From a bacterium (GTDB lineage: Bacteria; Patescibacteriota; Minisyncoccia; Phycocordibacterales; UBA1006), in contig JBAWXN010000001.1 of assembly GCA_037144045.1 (NCBI GenBank), forward strand, positions 66,487-130,486: DNA of 64,000 nucleotides, in the 5' to 3' direction. Made by a program: the position numbers and the translations under genes. Below are positions 61,111-64,000 of this stretch, one piece after another; within the stretch, counting starts at the first letter, position 1; each line of letters starts with the position of its first letter. The notes under the pieces are model-generated. The model was given only the letters and a program-made list of their open reading frames with translations, did no database searches and was not told the origin of the DNA.

Positions 61111-62262
61111 ATGTTTTCATTCTTGAAAAAGAAACCTCAAGACGAGCAGGTGCACCTCGTGTGTTTGGTGACGAGTTACGCGGTAACCGCTGCGGTGGTT
61201 AAGGTGTTTACTCGACAAGAATCGGTACAAGAACCCGTCTTGTTATTTTCATGTGAATCAATTATTCCTATTCGTGACGGCTTTGATTATCGTGCCAATG
61301 CATCGTTAACTTATGATGCTATCAAGTATGCACTCAATAAATGCCGAGCGTTTAATCCGGTGTACGATAAACTCTATTGCAGTATCGGTGAACCGTGGAC
61401 GACCAGTATGACGCGTACGGCTCATCTTGAAAAACGTGAAGCATTTTCACTGACCCAGAAAGTTATTGATGATTTGGTTACTCGTGAATCAAAATTATTT
61501 GAACAAGAAGTAGCTCGGATGTATGCGGGTTCAGAAGAAGTAGGGCTGCTTCAGGTTTCGAAGCCGCTTATTGATGCGAATGGGTATCGTATAGCAAATC
61601 CAATGAACGCATTAGTTGCGTCAGTTGATGTACATAGTACGTTTTCATTAGTATCCCTTAGTTTCATAGATGGTGTTGTTGGAGTTTTTGTCGACGTGTT
61701 TCATCGAACCGATATCCAATTTACATCATTCGATTTAGCAAAAAGCGCGCTGTTAAACGATTATGATCACGGCACCGTGGTTGAAATGGGAGGTGATACT
61801 ATTTCTATAGTAATTAAACAAGGAGGGGTGCCTACACTGTTCGCAGCCATTCCTGAAGGATTGCATCGTTTCGAGATTGCATTAATGCAATTATTCGACG
61901 TACCGCAGAAGAAAATTCCTCAAGTACTGTCATTTGTAGGCGATGAAAATATTATTGAACACGAACGAGAACGGTATTACCATCGTATTGTTCGTGCGTA
62001 TGAAGAAATCAGTCCTGCAATTGCACTGAGAGCAATTGATATTAAGAAGCATGTGCAACAGCTTCCTGAACCAGTGGTGGTTATTGGTCATCCGGAATGG
62101 GTTGATGTGCTTAAGGTACCCCTTGAAAAAGACCTCGGTTCACGTGTTATTATTCCTCGGCATGATTTGTTCCGTGATCAAGTTATTATAAGTCATCAAG
62201 CACACGTGATTACTAATTCATTACTTCTTGCAGTAATGCATGCAATTCGTTATGAAAAATAA
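61111..62262 (+). CDS. hypothetical protein, possibly actin-like ATPase fold (PilM/FtsA-like)
   Basis: Two segments resemble actin-fold phosphate loops (VHLVCLVTSYAV, VVEMGGDTISIV). The assignment is tentative. Start is set at MFSFLKKK after a TATATAAT at ~61097; the ORF track starts at 61036. Confidence 0.35.
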   Translation: MFSFLKKKPQDEQVHLVCLVTSYAVTAAVVKVFTRQESVQEPVLLFSCESIIPIRDGFDYRANASLTYDAIKYALNKCRAFNPVYDKLYCSIGEPWTTSMTRTAHLEKREAFSLTQKVIDDLVTRESKLFEQEVARMYAGSEEVGLLQVSKPLIDANGYRIANPMNALVASVDVHSTFSLVSLSFIDGVVGVFVDVFHRTDIQFTSFDLAKSALLNDYDHGTVVEMGGDTISIVIKQGGVPTLFAAIPEGLHRFEIALMQLFDVPQKKIPQVLSFVGDENIIEHERERYYHRIVRAYEEISPAIALRAIDIKKHVQQLPEPVVVIGHPEWVDVLKVPLEKDLGSRVIIPRHDLFRDQVIISHQAHVITNSLLLAVMHAIRYEK

Positions 62263-63562
62263 CAAAAAAATAATGTCAGATATGGTGGCAGTTGCGCGAC
62301 CTAAGAAAAAAACGATTACGAAACCAGAAGTACCTGTAGTAGTGCATAAACAGTCTACTCGTAGTGAACGGTATCATGATCCTCAAGAGGAAGAGGTTGA
62401 TGAAATTATTGAAAATAGTCCTCGAACATTTGTCCAGGAACCACCTCGAGTAGGGTGTGCTCTTTGGTTTACGGGAATTATTTGTCTGGGATTACTCGCA
62501 CTAGTAATTGGTGGTGTTATTGCACGAACCGAAGTTGTGGTTACTCCTCAACAATATACTGGCACAGTCGACATAGCTACAACCCTTACACAGACCAATA
62601 CACAAGGTGCTATCCGATTCTATACCGCAACACAATCATTTTCAGATAAGCAAGTGATTCCGACACAGACAGTAGTTGCACGTGAATCACGAGCAACGGG
62701 GACAGTACGTTTCTATAACAGTCTAGGTCAGTCTAAAACTATCCCTGCAAAAACAATTATTAAAAGCTCGACAGCAACAGGGGTCATGGTTGCATACCAA
62801 ACCAAAACGGCAATAACGGTGCCTCCTGCTAAAAACAAACAACCAGGTCAAAAGGATGTAGGAATTATTGCAGTAGACGTAGGAGCTCAGGCAAATATTG
62901 GATTAAATGATTTTGTACTCGCAAACCCACTACCAGGGATACTTATTCGTTCGGTAACTGAAATGACCGGTGGTGCACAAGGATCAGATAAGATTGCGGA
63001 TCCTGTACTCGTTGCGTCAGCACGCGAAACCTTGGGACAAAATCTTAGTATTACAGAGGAGATGGTGCAACGACTCAAAGAAGAGTTACCTAAAGATATG
63101 ATTGTCCTTCCAATAACGTTTGCAGATACGGTTCCTGTTATTACCTTGGAATCTAACCATGAAGACGGAGTTCATGTAGTTGCACGTAAGGCAGTCACCA
63201 TAATTATGGTAAAACGAGGAGACCTTGCACGATTAATCGGGGATCGTTTAAATGCTCCCAAAGGTGAATTATTAACGATTTCGAGTCTCGACGGCTTATC
63301 TATAGCCTCTGGAGCGCTTGCAAGTCCTCAAGATATTCCACAAACAATTACGATACGTATAACCGGCACTGCAAACATTATGGGGGCAATTGAAACGTAT
63401 AACGTGCCAGTCAATCTGAAGGGTCTTTCTCGAGTTGAAGCCCGCAACGCAGTCCTTGCGCGCCCTGAAGTGGCGAGTGTAGATATCCACATGACCCCTT
63501 TTTGGAGACGAATTTTGCCCCTTGACGCAGAAAAAATTTCGGTCACAGTTACAAACCCTTAG
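62240..63562 (+). CDS. hypothetical single-pass membrane protein (440 aa)
   Basis: Cytoplasmic basic N-terminus, one TM helix (ALWFTGIICLGLLALVIGGVI), then a large Thr/Val-rich extracytoplasmic domain. Overlaps the upstream gene's stop. Start uncertain (Mets at 62240, 62252, 62273). Confidence 0.45.
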   Translation: MQFVMKNNKKIMSDMVAVARPKKKTITKPEVPVVVHKQSTRSERYHDPQEEEVDEIIENSPRTFVQEPPRVGCALWFTGIICLGLLALVIGGVIARTEVVVTPQQYTGTVDIATTLTQTNTQGAIRFYTATQSFSDKQVIPTQTVVARESRATGTVRFYNSLGQSKTIPAKTIIKSSTATGVMVAYQTKTAITVPPAKNKQPGQKDVGIIAVDVGAQANIGLNDFVLANPLPGILIRSVTEMTGGAQGSDKIADPVLVASARETLGQNLSITEEMVQRLKEELPKDMIVLPITFADTVPVITLESNHEDGVHVVARKAVTIIMVKRGDLARLIGDRLNAPKGELLTISSLDGLSIASGALASPQDIPQTITIRITGTANIMGAIETYNVPVNLKGLSRVEARNAVLARPEVASVDIHMTPFWRRILPLDAEKISVTVTNP

Positions 63563-63563
63563 A

Positions 63564-63592
63564 ATGCTAGGGGTTTTTCTGTGGATAAGTCA
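63564..63592 (+). terminator. rho-independent terminator
   Basis: cccttagaatgctaggggtttttc. Confidence 0.6.
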
Positions 63593-63599
63593 TATTTTA

Positions 63600-63628
63600 T
63601 TGACACATGTTTTCATTTCTGCTAAGAT
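63600..63628 (+). promoter_or_regulatory. sigma70-like promoter for infA (TTGACA-17-TAAGAT)
   Basis: Same -35/-10 hexamers as the rpsP promoter. Start codon is 15 nt after the -10. Confidence 0.55.
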
Positions 63629-63642
63629 TGTGTCTACTGCAC

Positions 63643-63858
63643 ATGAGTACAACAGATGAGAAAAACATTGTCACAGCAGAAGTCTTAGAAGCCTTACCAA
63701 ACGCTATGTTTCGCGTACGGTTTCAAGATGGTACGGAACAAGTTTCCTACCTTTCGGGCAAGATGAAACTCCACAGAATTAAGGTTTTGATTGGGGATAC
63801 GGTTCATGTGCTTCTCGACTCCTACGGGGGAAAAGGAAGAATCGTCAAACGAGTTTAA
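63643..63858 (+). CDS. infA: translation initiation factor IF-1
   Basis: S1-like OB fold. VLEALPNAMFRVRFQDGTEQVSYLSGKMKLHRIKVLIGDTV...KGRIVKR matches IF-1. The ORF-track start at 63607 lies upstream of the promoter -10. Confidence 0.8.
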   Translation: MSTTDEKNIVTAEVLEALPNAMFRVRFQDGTEQVSYLSGKMKLHRIKVLIGDTVHVLLDSYGGKGRIVKRV

Positions 63859-63940
63859 TAGACTCGTCATTGTCGTTTTGCAAGTTATTTTGGGGCAGCA
63901 ATTCAATTAATTGCCCAATTATTAATTAAGAGATACAGAT

Positions 63941-64000
63941 TATGAAGATTCGATCATCAATCAAAAAAATTAGTCCTGACGATAAAATCGTTCGACGAAA
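63941..64000 (+). CDS. rpmJ: 50S ribosomal protein L36 (5' partial, runs off the window)
   Basis: MKIRSSIKKISPDDKIVRR resembles the L36 N-terminus (MKVRASVKKICRNCKIIKR). Conserved infA-rpmJ adjacency. Confidence 0.55.

Overview
This 64-kb window looks like a gene-dense bacterial chromosome segment with fairly low GC (estimated by eye, not computed). It is dominated by core information-processing genes. These are rpsP, alr, khpA-like, trmD, rpoB-rpoC-dnaG-rpoD, rpsB-tsf, proS, mreBC, tgt, glmS, uvrB, uvrA, mnmA, alaS, infA and rpmJ. There is also a single 16S rRNA gene with no 23S rRNA gene next to it, and one tRNA-Thr. Three things suggest a reduced, CPR/Patescibacteria-like lineage, though phylum assignment needs a database search. 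First, the 16S rRNA has compensatory substitutions in the 515 and 338 regions, a ~45-nt expansion helix, and a 3' end that lacks the CCUCC anti-Shine-Dalgarno. Second, essentially no gene has a GGAGG ribosome-binding site, and many sigma70-like promoters sit directly against start codons, implying leaderless mRNAs. Third, several housekeeping proteins are shortened: alaS 579 aa, tsf 150 aa, proS 414 aa and rpoB 1089 aa. The accessory content is mostly cell-surface related. Two secreted-protein genes (a T9SS-like C-terminal-domain protein and a CSLREA beta-helix protein with a peptidoglycan-binding domain) lie between khpA and trmD. A tail-fibre-like repeat protein with a C-terminal peptidase-S74 intramolecular-chaperone domain is also present. 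Other notable features are a rpoD with a histone-H1-like KAP-repeat N-terminal tail, a sigma-region-4/HARE-HTH fusion protein, and several unexplained hypothetical membrane proteins. I found no CRISPR array, transposase, integrase or obvious prophage. Most intergenic spaces carry clear rho-independent terminators.
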